NCBI GenBank assembly: GCA_023379025.1
Contig: JAMCTH010000009.1
Coordinates: 133,092-197,091, forward strand
Length of the DNA stretch: 64,000 nt
Direction: 5' to 3'
Origin: Patescibacteria group bacterium
GTDB lineage: Bacteria; Patescibacteriota; Microgenomatia; UBA10105; UBA927
Shown here: piece after piece, positions 38,460-49,008 of the stretch
Layout of the letters: the number at the start of each line of letters is the position of its first letter
Position numbering within the stretch: the first letter of the stretch is position 1
Translations under genes and position numbers: made by a program
Notes under the pieces: model-generated
What the model was told of the DNA's origin: nothing
What the model saw: the letters and a program-made list of their open reading frames with translations, nothing else
Databases searched by the model: none

Positions 38460-39812
38460 CTATTTTAGTAAATAGGTATTTAGCTTTTGATCCAACAATA
38501 AAGAGTCTTTATAGTCCGTTCGAATAAGATTTTTTTGTTCTTTTTTGTCCGTCGCCACATTGAAAAGCTCCTGGGTGTCGTCCTCAAAATTTGTTATAAG
38601 TTTTTGTCCGTCTGGTGTCCTTACCGACCGCAGATTTGTTGCATAGCGGTATTCAGTTTCGGAAAACGCATCAAGCGGGATGTGGCTACCGTTTATGACG
38701 GGGAGCAGGTTTATACCGGCAAACTGCTTGTATACGTCCTGGCTGGGATGAATTCCAACAAGCGCGAGAACCGTCGGCATGATATCGATATTGCGCACCT
38801 GATCTGTGAGCGTCACCCGGCCCGTTTCGCCCGGCATAGCGATGATGAGCGGGATTCGGACAAGTTCGTCATAGAGGCTGTGTCCGTGGTCAATCTGCCC
38901 GTGTTCGTAGAATTCGTCTCCGTGGTCGGAGGTGATAATAAGAATGGTTTTTCCCATAAGCCCGAGGGAGGCATATTGCCTCAGAAACTCCGTGATCCGC
39001 TGGTCCGCCCGGGAAATTTTTTCGTCGTAAAGGGCGAGGAGGAATCTCACGTCATCCCGGGTCAGATAAATTTCTCCCCGTGCAAGCCCCTCCTCCCGGA
39101 GGTTTTTTTGTTCAGCTGCGGATCCAGTCAGCGGGCCGCGATAGGGAAAATCGACAAACCTGTGGTCATATCCTCCTTTCGGGACATACTGCCCATGGAC
39201 ATCAAATGCCTGCAAAAAGATAAATAGTTTTTTGTTTTTATTGGCTCCAATCCACCGAAGCGCATCCGGAAGGATGCTGTCGAAACCGCCGAAATTACTT
39301 TTGTCCGTATATACGTCAAATCCTTCGTTGAAGCCGAACTCCCGGTTCAGGGCCGCTCCGCCGGTAAATGCTGCCGTAGCGTAGCCATCGGCTTTAAAAA
39401 CATCAGCAATGGTTTTGATCCTGGGGGCAAGCGTGTGTAGGTTGGCAATCTGCTCTTTTCCGGAAGGGAGGATTATGTACTTATTTGTCACGCCGTGTGT
39501 TGATGGATAGACGCCGGTGAGCAGGCTCCCTACCGCCGGAAGCGTCCAGGAGGATGAGGAGACCGCATTCGTAAACACAATCCCCCTTTTTGCTACCGCG
39601 TCGATACCCGGCGTCGTGTTTTTGGGATATCCGTATGCTCCGATGTGGTCTGGGCGCAGCGGATCCAAGTCAATAATGATGACGTTGCATGTCTGGCACG
39701 GGGAAATACGGTACGGTTTTGGTTTCGGAAGTAAGCCGGGGGCGGCAATTATCGTAAGCGCTATTGCGCCGGCAAGCACCACACTCATGGTCTTTATGCG
39801 TATTCCTTTCAT
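38460..39812 (-). CDS. membrane-anchored sulfatase-like enzyme (Thr nucleophile)
   Basis: IIDLDPLRPDH, SWTLPA, SDHGDEFYEHG, HGHSLYDE; start moved to ATG 39812. Confidence 0.88.
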   Translation of the reverse strand: MKGIRIKTMSVVLAGAIALTIIAAPGLLPKPKPYRISPCQTCNVIIIDLDPLRPDHIGAYGYPKNTTPGIDAVAKRGIVFTNAVSSSSWTLPAVGSLLTGVYPSTHGVTNKYIILPSGKEQIANLHTLAPRIKTIADVFKADGYATAAFTGGAALNREFGFNEGFDVYTDKSNFGGFDSILPDALRWIGANKNKKLFIFLQAFDVHGQYVPKGGYDHRFVDFPYRGPLTGSAAEQKNLREEGLARGEIYLTRDDVRFLLALYDEKISRADQRITEFLRQYASLGLMGKTILIITSDHGDEFYEHGQIDHGHSLYDELVRIPLIIAMPGETGRVTLTDQVRNIDIMPTVLALVGIHPSQDVYKQFAGINLLPVINGSHIPLDAFSETEYRYATNLRSVRTPDGQKLITNFEDDTQELFNVATDKKEQKNLIRTDYKDSLLLDQKLNTYLLK

Positions 39813-39846
39813 GGGACGGATCAAACGAGTATAGTATAAGCATAGC

Positions 39847-40449
39847 ATGGTTGTCTCGCGACGTATCGGACCTATCGCACTTATCTTTGCCGCACTGTTT
39901 GGCGCCTTGGTGGTGTATCTGGTAACGCGGGGTTGTGTTGGTATACGATGTCTTTCGTTTTCCGGAAGCACGCGTTTTAGAGAGAAGGATGTGTACGCAT
40001 CCGACCCCGGCGACTTCCGTGCGCTTTACACAAACGGCCAGACGCAGTTGCGGCTCGAAGCCCTGGCGGTTCAGAGTTCCTCTGACGCTTCGCAGAATAT
40101 TGCCGCGGAAGCCGTGCGGATACAGGGGTTGTTTGACAAAGCACCCGCCCCCTACCCCGGGGAAATATCCGATTCGATTGTCTGCAGCGACAGTGATAAG
40201 CCGGTATTTGAAACGCGGTACATCAGCGGCATTGAGGTATCGCAATTTACGGGGTACGTAAACAACCGGATGGTTTTCGGGGCCTGCACAAATGACCAGC
40301 GTGCATACCGGGAAACACTGGCGCTTTTCTACTGCGCGGACCAAAAAAAGATGTATACGTTGGAATTGATTTCCCCGTACGAGGCAAGCCACGACGCCTC
40401 GATCGTAACCGCTCAGCACGGCGTGGTCGGCTCGCTCCGGTGCCGCTAA
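39847..40449 (+). CDS. exported Cys-containing hypothetical protein
   Basis: N-terminal TM, six Cys; fills the gap between two minus-strand genes. Confidence 0.7.
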   Translation: MVVSRRIGPIALIFAALFGALVVYLVTRGCVGIRCLSFSGSTRFREKDVYASDPGDFRALYTNGQTQLRLEALAVQSSSDASQNIAAEAVRIQGLFDKAPAPYPGEISDSIVCSDSDKPVFETRYISGIEVSQFTGYVNNRMVFGACTNDQRAYRETLALFYCADQKKMYTLELISPYEASHDASIVTAQHGVVGSLRCR

Positions 40450-40455
40450 GGAGGA

Positions 40456-42459
40456 TCATTCGAAGACGTTGAGTGCTTTCCCCTGAACGAAGCCGGGGAT
40501 TGCCACACGGAGCGCTTTCATAATGGTTGGATACTGGTCGATCAGTGTAAACGGCTTGTTTCCGAGGAAGTTGCCCTTTTTTATGCCCGGGCCGGCGATG
40601 ATAAACGGCGTCCACATGCCGGGCACGTCTTTTGAGAGAATTGCCTGTTTATAGCCCGTGACCGAAGGCTTGGAAAAAACAGTCAGATCACTGGTCATTT
40701 CCTCGTTCCAGCCGTAGCCGGGCGCGTTGGCGATGATGAGGTCTCCGGCGCGGTCCGGATCCATTTGGAGATAGGCTTTTGCATTTTCCCAGTTGACGAT
40801 GTCCACGACCGGTTTTTGCCCGGTATCCGGGTCGGTAAGCTCGGCAAGCGTCTGCCGCACTTCATTTCTTAGGGTGATATACGCCGGTCCGGATGCCCGC
40901 TCATAGTTGCCCGCAAGGCCATTGGGGTTTATGTAGACGTGGGCCATCTTGAGGTAGATAACCTTGGAATTATTCCAATCAATGATCGGTTCTCCGGTTT
41001 TCGGATTGATGGTAAATTTGAGCCATCCTTTCCGAGCAAAGAGGTTGTTGAGCCGGACGTCGATATTGAGCGGCACCGCACCGTGATCCGAGGATAGAAC
41101 AATATAGGTGTCTGGACCTGCATTTTGTATGATTGCTCCGATCATGGTGTCCAGTTCCCCGTACATATCCTTCACTTCGTTCCAAAGCTCCTCGCGGGTT
41201 TTCGGCGGAGTGCTGTTGTATGCGGCGCTTGAGGGGTCTATCGCGCCCATCCACCATTTGCTGGTGAGCATTTGGTTTGGTGTATAAATATCATGAATGA
41301 CGGCGTTCGGGTGAAACTTTTGGACGATGCCGGAAACCGCCTTTGTATGCCACGCGAAGGACATGGTTGCCTCCTGCTCAAAGGTCCGTTTGTCTTCGGG
41401 GTAATAGATAAGCTGTGCCGGGAAGTTGTCGGCAAAGTCAACCATGGGTCCGGCGTACGCGTTCATAATGTCGGCCGCTTCGGGGGGAAACGCAATATAT
41501 CGGTTGAGGTTATTGTAAAACAGCCGGATGCGGAAAAATCCGTCCGGTCCCAGTTTAATGACTGTTGCTTTTACATCGCTGTTGACGGGAATGGTTTGTT
41601 CGCTTGTCTTCCACTGGAGCACGATAGGTTGCCACGCACTCCACTCCCCCGGTTGTATGTCGCCAAAGACACTTTTTTTATCCAGAGAAAACGCTACCCG
41701 ATCGTAATTTGTCTTTTTGTCGTTTGTTGAGTCATAGATGTAAGCGTAAACAGGCGTACCCCATCCGGTGAGTGTAACCTCTTCCGGCGGCGAATAACTT
41801 TTTGGAGCACGATACCACCCGCTTGGGCTAACAGGGTCAAGATATTGGGTCAGTTCCGGTCCGAAGAAGAAGAGGTGCACCGCCCTCCCCTGCTTGATGC
41901 GCTGGGAGAGGTCGCCCTTCGTTTCAAAGTTTATGGCTGCAAAGTCGGCGCCCCATCCTCCCCAGCGGCCCCGAAGCACGACCCCTTTGTTGATTTCCGG
42001 CGGAGTAGAACCCGGGACCGAGATAACCGCGACTTTCATGCCGGCATCCTCGAGCGTTTTCCAGATCGGAGGAACTTTTTTGGCGGTCGATCGGAATCCG
42101 GGAACCGCAACGGCATCAAGCGGCTTGCCTATTGCGCGCATCGGGCCGTCGTCCACCCCGTTTACCTCGGGGTACGTGCCGGTCAGGAGTGCCGCAAAGT
42201 TTGTCGGCGTGTGGCTTGGGAAATTAGGGTACGAGTAGCCATAAGAGCCCCGGTCCATGAGTTTTTTGATATTCGGGAGCTTCCCTTCCCTGGCCCATTC
42301 ATAGATATTGAAAAGGTACGGTTCGGCCCGCATGCCGTCCGGGATAAACCAGTAAAGCTTGAGGGTTGAATTGGATGATTTGGGTAAAGATACATAATAG
42401 CGTATACCTACGCTGGTTAGCGCCAGGACAACGATGAAAACGACAATTTTGCGCATCAT
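40456..42459 (-). CDS. nucleotide pyrophosphatase/phosphodiesterase family protein
   Basis: FIPDGM, LPNIKKLM, PSHTPTNFAALLTG, SSDHG, DQYPT. Confidence 0.85.
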   Translation of the reverse strand: MMRKIVVFIVVLALTSVGIRYYVSLPKSSNSTLKLYWFIPDGMRAEPYLFNIYEWAREGKLPNIKKLMDRGSYGYSYPNFPSHTPTNFAALLTGTYPEVNGVDDGPMRAIGKPLDAVAVPGFRSTAKKVPPIWKTLEDAGMKVAVISVPGSTPPEINKGVVLRGRWGGWGADFAAINFETKGDLSQRIKQGRAVHLFFFGPELTQYLDPVSPSGWYRAPKSYSPPEEVTLTGWGTPVYAYIYDSTNDKKTNYDRVAFSLDKKSVFGDIQPGEWSAWQPIVLQWKTSEQTIPVNSDVKATVIKLGPDGFFRIRLFYNNLNRYIAFPPEAADIMNAYAGPMVDFADNFPAQLIYYPEDKRTFEQEATMSFAWHTKAVSGIVQKFHPNAVIHDIYTPNQMLTSKWWMGAIDPSSAAYNSTPPKTREELWNEVKDMYGELDTMIGAIIQNAGPDTYIVLSSDHGAVPLNIDVRLNNLFARKGWLKFTINPKTGEPIIDWNNSKVIYLKMAHVYINPNGLAGNYERASGPAYITLRNEVRQTLAELTDPDTGQKPVVDIVNWENAKAYLQMDPDRAGDLIIANAPGYGWNEEMTSDLTVFSKPSVTGYKQAILSKDVPGMWTPFIIAGPGIKKGNFLGNKPFTLIDQYPTIMKALRVAIPGFVQGKALNVFE

Positions 42460-42488
42460 GTATACACTACAGTCACAAATTCTTCTTG

Positions 42489-43796
42489 TCAATCATTTTT
42501 TGACGCTTGTTTTGTGGGCATAGTCGATGGTGAGAAGCTTTTGAACGGTCCGCGTTTTGTGGTGAAGTCACCCCACGCGCTGATCTGTGCGACTCTAAGA
42601 AATTCCGGCGCGTTCAAGAGGGTCTTTAGTTTTTCACCAATAACTTCGGCAAAGAGTTCGTTTCCCCTGGAATTAAGATGATGCCAGCCAAATCCAAAGC
42701 TGTCCGGCAAAAATATCGTGTCCGCCAGATTTTCATCACTGGTTCCTAACACGTCGGAGGTTGTGGGTGAATACGCCGTTTTCGATTCGGATATCCGATA
42801 AGTAAAAAGAGTTGGCTGGTGCGTGCGGGCGATCAGTTCACTTGCATCCAAATACGGCACACCCGACGATCGTAATGTCTCCTTTAATTTTTCGTATTTC
42901 TCCATAATCGGTTCCGTGTTGGGGGTTTGCGGTGCGAAGTAATACTGAAATGGTACTATTGTGGTTATAAGATAAAAATGGTTCTTCTCCGATAGTATTT
43001 TTATTTGGGACAATAGGTAAGATATCTTATCCAATTCAGTTTTATCAAGCAGTTCATCCGGAACATTTTTGGGAAGCGTGCACCCGAAGGTATAGCGTTC
43101 TCTTCCTGCGATAAGCGCCGGCAGGTCGATAAGAAAAGTAAAAAGCTTGGTGTTTCGTATCCAGATCGGGGTATGCTGAATGGCAAATGCGGGAAAAAAG
43201 AGGGTGTTCCGCCAGGCGGCTAACCTAACGTATCCACGAGCTTTTTTTTTGAAAAGACAGGCTTCATTGGCGTCAACAATGTCGTTCATATTAAAATTCC
43301 ACACTACGATTGACGGATGGTATTCGGAAAGGAGAAAATCCCGAAGATAAATATATTCCTGATCCGGCCCGTAGCCGTCTATGCCCCCATTATAGATAGA
43401 AACAGGATACCCCTCCTTTCGGAGAATAGCCTCCGTAATGTACGGGTAGGTGCTGCGGTCAGAAACGCCTTCTCCGTATACAAAAGAATCTCCAAGCATG
43501 AGCATCGGAATACCGGGGGTATAGTCAGCCGAAGCGTGCTCCGGATTTATCCGTAGACCATTAGGATTGGTACTGTATGTTCCATGGGTAATGCTTGCAT
43601 TTTGTCTATAAATTAATCGGTCGTCTGCAATATACGGCATTTCTAGTTGTTGCTGCGCCCCGACATACCCTTGGGTAAATCTCCAGTTGATTATTTTCGA
43701 TTTATATCCAAAAATCCCCAATGTGGCTTCGCATAGTGCGAGTGCCGCAAAAACACTTAGGAACAATACTCCGGATCTGATTATTTTTTTATGCAT
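42489..43796 (-). CDS. membrane-anchored SGNH/GDSL protein
   Basis: LGDSFVYG, NGGIDGYG, NMND, HLNSRGN. Confidence 0.85.
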   Translation of the reverse strand: MHKKIIRSGVLFLSVFAALALCEATLGIFGYKSKIINWRFTQGYVGAQQQLEMPYIADDRLIYRQNASITHGTYSTNPNGLRINPEHASADYTPGIPMLMLGDSFVYGEGVSDRSTYPYITEAILRKEGYPVSIYNGGIDGYGPDQEYIYLRDFLLSEYHPSIVVWNFNMNDIVDANEACLFKKKARGYVRLAAWRNTLFFPAFAIQHTPIWIRNTKLFTFLIDLPALIAGRERYTFGCTLPKNVPDELLDKTELDKISYLLSQIKILSEKNHFYLITTIVPFQYYFAPQTPNTEPIMEKYEKLKETLRSSGVPYLDASELIARTHQPTLFTYRISESKTAYSPTTSDVLGTSDENLADTIFLPDSFGFGWHHLNSRGNELFAEVIGEKLKTLLNAPEFLRVAQISAWGDFTTKRGPFKSFSPSTMPTKQASKND

Positions 43797-43854
43797 GGCT
43801 TACAATGATTATAATGCATAGTAGATTGAAGTACTTTTTTTGTTCTGCGCCGCC

Positions 43855-46308
43855 ATGACCCTGATTAGCACATTGTTTTTTTTCCTTCTCTATGCACTTG
43901 CCGTTCTGAACGGCGGCATATCGTTTGCCGCGGCCGTGCTTCTTCTGGTATCGCCCGTAACCGTTTTCGCGTTTCTTCGGTTGAAACGCGTCGTCTTTAG
44001 AGGGTCGCGTGTTTTTGTAATTACATGTACGATCTGGATGATCTCTTTGTTTCTTTCATTTCTGTCAACGCTTCATGCACCACGTTTGGACGTGTCGCTG
44101 GTGTTGGTTTTGGAGAACGCCGCATCGTTTCTTCTTTTTGTATATTTTTACTTTTCTTACGATCTGATGGAAAGGCGTATTACCGCACAACTTTTTATTT
44201 TTATAGGATTTGTTCTTTCGATAATAAGCATGTATTTTATTCTTTTTCCTCCTTCATGGATTTTCCCGAAATTATCCCTCGTTTATGCGTCGTATGGTCA
44301 CAACCACCTGTCGGAGTATTTGCTTCTGATTCTTCCGACAACGCTCTTTTTTTGTACGGACGGCAGAAACAAAAAAAAGCAAGCGATTTGGGTTTTTCTT
44401 TTTGCCTTCTTCGTTTTGAATCTGTTTCTAACCTTTTCCCGGGCGGCGGTTGTTGTATTTTTCCTGATGATGCTCGCTATTTTAATACGATATTTACGGG
44501 GGCGATACAAGCGGATAATTATTGGTTTGTGTCTTCTGCAGCTTGTTGTGACGATATTGTTTGTTGTGGTGACATCCGGCGGTTCCCGCCGGAACATTTC
44601 CCTCCACTTTTTATCCGGAGGACAGACATTGTGGATACATCGCCAGACACAAAAACCCTTGTCATCAGAAACAAGGCCGGATTATTGGGATCAGGCATGG
44701 CGGGCCTTCCGGTCGCGGCCATTGACTGGTTACGGGCCGGGTTCGTTCAAACTCGTTTCTTATCGGTTCCAAAGAGTGGCAGACCAGTGGTCGTGGTTTG
44801 CGCACAGCCTTTTTTTCCAATCGCTTGCGGAACTTGGCATCTCCGGAACCATTGCTTTGGGCTTATTGATGGGATTTCCGCTCATTTTTTTGGTCCGAAC
44901 GCACCTTGCGCGGGGAGAAAAAAAACTATCCCTGGAGAGCGCATTAATGATAGGGATTGCGGGCGTGGCGCTTCACGGACTCGTTGATTTTACCTTTTCC
45001 TTCCCGGCGGTCTGGTTGAGTTTTTGGGTGGTTGTCGCAATACTCATGAAAAAAGCGGAAAGGAATACGATCGTGTTACCGCGCATAACTACAATGTTTT
45101 TTTCTCTTGCCTCGGTACTTCTTTGTGTAGCGGGGTTGGCACACGGCGTTATGTTGTGGAAGTTGGAAACCATGACTCTTCGCCCCGTCAATGAATATGC
45201 CTGGCCCGCTTCCTGGTTCCTCAGGCTCTATCCTTACGAACAGAATTATATTGATGAGTACGTATTAGATGTATCGGGCCAGGGTGGGTATAAGTTATTA
45301 CTTCAGGCGAGGCCGTATATACGGTTTTTTGTGAGGGATGATGCACAAATAGACGCCGCGTTTGCAGAAGCCTATGTCCGGAACGGAGAACCAGACGGAG
45401 CTATTTTTATGTATAAAAAAGTGCTTTCGGAGAATCCAACAGACCAACAAAACTATTTTAAGTTAGCCATGCTTTATAGATCGTTGCGTGAAACACGTTC
45501 CGAGTTGGATGTATATACACTGTTGTTCGATCGAAACCCGGCACCAGAAACAAAAGTCATGGTATTTACTAGTTTACATGAGCTTGGAAACAGTCTCTAT
45601 AATCGCGGTAATTTGTCAGATTTGTTCCCTGTGTACCGGTTTTTATTATTAACCGATCCAGATCATGAAGAAATTCTTCGAAAATGGTATCCTGTTGTGC
45701 CACAGGCACAGGAATTGATTTCTAAGGGGAAATTCGTTGATGCGGTGCGGCTTGTTCGGCAATACGTCGGAATGTGGGATGGAGTATCGTTGGGCTCCCA
45801 CGAGAATCAGAGGCAATCGATCGGATCCGCCTTATATTTTTTAGCACATCAGTTATATGAAAAGGGAGATCTTGCCGGTGCCGCCGGCGCGATATCCCGC
45901 GCATTGACGTATCTTCCTCATGAGGCCGACTACTATCGGGCGTACGCTTCGTACCTATTGGCGCAAGGCCGGTTAGACGAACTTATTTCAGCGCGAGACA
46001 CATGTTCCCGACGCATTTCCTATTCCGGCTGTCTTTATCTTTTTTCGGATCCGTCCTGGGAAGCTTACTGGTCGGCTCAGGCAGTGATTGAAATTTCCAA
46101 GCACAAAATCAATCGTGCCGTCCGTGCAACAAAACTGGCACTGGTGGCTGATCCATGGCGCGGAGATCTGTATGTTACATTGGGGCTACTGTTTAAATTC
46201 AATGGCGATCATCAGAATGCAGTGAAGTACCGCGATCAGTGCGCGGTGATATTCCGAAGTGCGCCCTGGTGCGATGATGTGGTTGCCCCGAAAGGAACAT
46301 TGTTTTAA
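43855..46308 (+). CDS. O-antigen ligase-family protein with TPR-like C-terminus
   Basis: Many TMs, LTFSRAA, R..YW, PLTGYGPGSF, AHSLFFQSLAELG; helical repeats. Confidence 0.85.
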   Translation: MTLISTLFFFLLYALAVLNGGISFAAAVLLLVSPVTVFAFLRLKRVVFRGSRVFVITCTIWMISLFLSFLSTLHAPRLDVSLVLVLENAASFLLFVYFYFSYDLMERRITAQLFIFIGFVLSIISMYFILFPPSWIFPKLSLVYASYGHNHLSEYLLLILPTTLFFCTDGRNKKKQAIWVFLFAFFVLNLFLTFSRAAVVVFFLMMLAILIRYLRGRYKRIIIGLCLLQLVVTILFVVVTSGGSRRNISLHFLSGGQTLWIHRQTQKPLSSETRPDYWDQAWRAFRSRPLTGYGPGSFKLVSYRFQRVADQWSWFAHSLFFQSLAELGISGTIALGLLMGFPLIFLVRTHLARGEKKLSLESALMIGIAGVALHGLVDFTFSFPAVWLSFWVVVAILMKKAERNTIVLPRITTMFFSLASVLLCVAGLAHGVMLWKLETMTLRPVNEYAWPASWFLRLYPYEQNYIDEYVLDVSGQGGYKLLLQARPYIRFFVRDDAQIDAAFAEAYVRNGEPDGAIFMYKKVLSENPTDQQNYFKLAMLYRSLRETRSELDVYTLLFDRNPAPETKVMVFTSLHELGNSLYNRGNLSDLFPVYRFLLLTDPDHEEILRKWYPVVPQAQELISKGKFVDAVRLVRQYVGMWDGVSLGSHENQRQSIGSALYFLAHQLYEKGDLAGAAGAISRALTYLPHEADYYRAYASYLLAQGRLDELISARDTCSRRISYSGCLYLFSDPSWEAYWSAQAVIEISKHKINRAVRATKLALVADPWRGDLYVTLGLLFKFNGDHQNAVKYRDQCAVIFRSAPWCDDVVAPKGTLF

Positions 46309-47485
46309 GGGTTTTATCTAGCAATGCGGAATTATAGTGTTTACGAACAAATGCCTTTGCGTTATTAGACACTTTATGATGCAGCTTTTTTTCTGTGAGA
46401 AGAAGTGATATGCATTTCGCAAAATTCGCCGGATTATCTGCGAGATAAATATTTTTCCCATGTGTTACGGGAATACCTTCTGCCCCGACGCTCGTAGAAA
46501 CGATCGGTACGCCCGCGGTCATTGCTTCCAGAATTTTGATTCGTATGCCGCTCCCGGAAAAAAGCGGGACAATAAAAACCGACGCCTGTTTAAAATAAGG
46601 CCTTAGATCCGTCACGTGGCCGACAAAACTGATTCCACCCGGAAGATTTTTCGGCAGATGCCTGACGTGCTCGCCGACAAACATACAGTTGACAGGAGCC
46701 CGTGCCTGTTTAATCAGGGGAAAAACATATTTTATAAACCAATTCACGCCAAGCCTGTTTGGATACCACGTAAGTAAACCGACAAATAAAATCGTATGGC
46801 CGTCTCCCCCTGCATATTTTTGTACACGCAGAGTGCGGACCGACGGAGGAAGGATGCGCAGATGAAAAGGTGTATCTCCGGAAGTAAGTGCCGTAAGCGC
46901 TTTGCTGTCCGTACGGCTTATGGTAAGGACGGTATCAAAGCATCCCAATGCGCGTTTTAATACTCTCTCGTACTTGACGCTTTCCAGGAAAAAAAACGTT
47001 TTCCATTTCCATCTCGGTTCTTCCCGTGCTACCCGCCGATAGAGAATGTGCTCGGCGTTGTGTGTTTCAAGAATGCGTTGGCCCCTAAAGTTGCTCGGCA
47101 GATAGGGAGTCATACTGGCGTGATCGATCCATATTGCATCAAAATCTGAATTTGCGAGAGAGGATAAAATGAGACTTTTCATCAAAGGGTTATAGAACTT
47201 AAATACGGCATATGGATAAGGGCTTCCCAGGCTCCTAAACATAGTCAGGAGTTGCCGTTTTCGATCCTGTTCCGCTGAAATGGAATTCAATACCGTTTGA
47301 ACGTCAAAAAGACGCAGTTTCTTTTTCAGCAGGTCCCCGTATGGGCGGTCGGACTCGTTTTGAATAAACGTATGAAGAACAACCGTATGGTATTTTGTGA
47401 GCGCACTCAGCGTAGAAAACGTTTTGATCTTTCCGCCGGCGTCAAGAGGGAATGGCAATAACTGGGTAATATAGAGAATTTTCAT
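46199..47485 (-). CDS. GT4 glycosyltransferase
   Basis: MKILYIT..LPFPLDAGGKI, HNAE, GSGIRIKILEAM. Confidence 0.92.
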   Translation of the reverse strand: MKILYITQLLPFPLDAGGKIKTFSTLSALTKYHTVVLHTFIQNESDRPYGDLLKKKLRLFDVQTVLNSISAEQDRKRQLLTMFRSLGSPYPYAVFKFYNPLMKSLILSSLANSDFDAIWIDHASMTPYLPSNFRGQRILETHNAEHILYRRVAREEPRWKWKTFFFLESVKYERVLKRALGCFDTVLTISRTDSKALTALTSGDTPFHLRILPPSVRTLRVQKYAGGDGHTILFVGLLTWYPNRLGVNWFIKYVFPLIKQARAPVNCMFVGEHVRHLPKNLPGGISFVGHVTDLRPYFKQASVFIVPLFSGSGIRIKILEAMTAGVPIVSTSVGAEGIPVTHGKNIYLADNPANFAKCISLLLTEKKLHHKVSNNAKAFVRKHYNSALLDKTLKTMFLSGQPHHRTRAHFGISPRTDRGTSLHSDDRH

Positions 47486-49008
47486 TTCCTATTGGCCAGC
47501 CTATTCGGATGGTCTGATATTGAGGCGTAGAGACCGAACATACACATAAGTAAGGTAAATTGGGAGCCGCGCAGGAAGGCTGGAATAGAAAACCCAAAGA
47601 GAAGATAAACGCAAATTCCCAGGAACAGGGCTTTACTGATGGGTTGGGTAGCCTTCGGGTGATGCCGGAGCACGGCATATACGAATATGAGGAAAATGCA
47701 CAAACCCGGAAGCCCCATCTCTGCCGCAATGAGAAGATAGAGGTTGTGGACTTCCGCCAGAAATCCGCGGCTGACTCCGGTTATATTGAACGCCGTCATT
47801 TCGGGAACAAAATTATTTATCCCAACGCCGAAAATCGGATGAAACTGAATGAGCGCCAGAGCTTCCTTTGACAGATTGACGCGTGACGTGATGGTGGTGT
47901 TTGTTTGTCCGGATATCAGAAGATCCTCGATTCTGGGGACGGCAATGTTCGGAAATACATAAAGTAGCATGAACAACGCGCTCAAGAGTAACGCAATTTT
48001 TACGCGAAGAGATTTCATGGTTTTCTGCAGCGATTCTTTTATCAATGCCCACTCCGTACGCGCCACGAATAGCATGAGGAGCGCGGTTATAGCATAAGCG
48101 GTGCGGCTTGATGAAAGAAAAATCGCCCCGACGGCCACGAGTAGTATCCACAGCAGGAGCAGGCGGACCGTTTTGTTTTTTTCCGTGATAAATAGATACA
48201 GGGGCACCGGGAGAAGCATAAGAATATAGAGCGCAAACACGTTTGGGTCGACAAGTGTTCCGCTTGGGCGGAAAATGGTTGTTCCCTGTGTGGCAACCGT
48301 ATTGGACATTTCGCTGGATTTAAAACTTGCCAGGTCAAAAAAACGTCCCGTAGGCCCTCCTTTTACAAACTGATATCCAGCCCATGCGCTCTGAAATACC
48401 AGTATGCCGATGAAGCCTATGATGCACCCCCTGAGCCGCACTTGTGTGCCAGTCATGATTCTTGACGCGATGAAATATACAGCAATCCCTTTTGTAAGAC
48501 TGAACAAGCCCACGATCGGGCCTGCTGGCTCGACTGCAACAAGCGCCGATATAGACGCCCAAAGCAGTAGCGCGATAAGGAGATAGTCTGTTTGAAAAGG
48601 TTTAAACGTGCCTCTTTTGCGCACCAGGAATATCATAGCGCAGAACAGTACAAAAAATAGGATGTCCGCATAATTTACGAGAAACCATACAGAGTACTGT
48701 TCTGGCGGGGCGCCAGGGGCAATATATTGTGATAATAGTATTTGTCTGCCCCACCCTACATCAAACTGAGAAAGAAGAATTGCGGTTATACACAGCGGAG
48801 TCAGAAGCTCTTTATACAGAGCTGTAAGAATTACAAAAATACAAAAAAATATATACAAAAATTGTATAGTTCCGGAGTATTGACCAAGCGTGTGTGCAAC
48901 AAAAACAGCAGACCCGGCTGCGGCAACCGCAAAAAGCGGCGGCAATCGGGTCAGAAACACGTCGATTACGTTATACAGAACCGAACCGGATAGTAAATCG
49001 TTTTTCAT
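47482..49008 (-). CDS. O-antigen ligase/polymerase family protein
   Basis: RPSGTLVDPN, SSSRTA, HPIFGVGINNF, VHNLYLLIAAEMG. Confidence 0.9.
   Translation of the reverse strand: MKNDLLSGSVLYNVIDVFLTRLPPLFAVAAAGSAVFVAHTLGQYSGTIQFLYIFFCIFVILTALYKELLTPLCITAILLSQFDVGWGRQILLSQYIAPGAPPEQYSVWFLVNYADILFFVLFCAMIFLVRKRGTFKPFQTDYLLIALLLWASISALVAVEPAGPIVGLFSLTKGIAVYFIASRIMTGTQVRLRGCIIGFIGILVFQSAWAGYQFVKGGPTGRFFDLASFKSSEMSNTVATQGTTIFRPSGTLVDPNVFALYILMLLPVPLYLFITEKNKTVRLLLLWILLVAVGAIFLSSSRTAYAITALLMLFVARTEWALIKESLQKTMKSLRVKIALLLSALFMLLYVFPNIAVPRIEDLLISGQTNTTITSRVNLSKEALALIQFHPIFGVGINNFVPEMTAFNITGVSRGFLAEVHNLYLLIAAEMGLPGLCIFLIFVYAVLRHHPKATQPISKALFLGICVYLLFGFSIPAFLRGSQFTLLMCMFGLYASISDHPNRLANRK

Noticed and set aside
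46199-46308. 110-bp convergent overlap as an antisense control system
   Set aside because: More simply a shifted stop codon giving the GT4 a non-family tail
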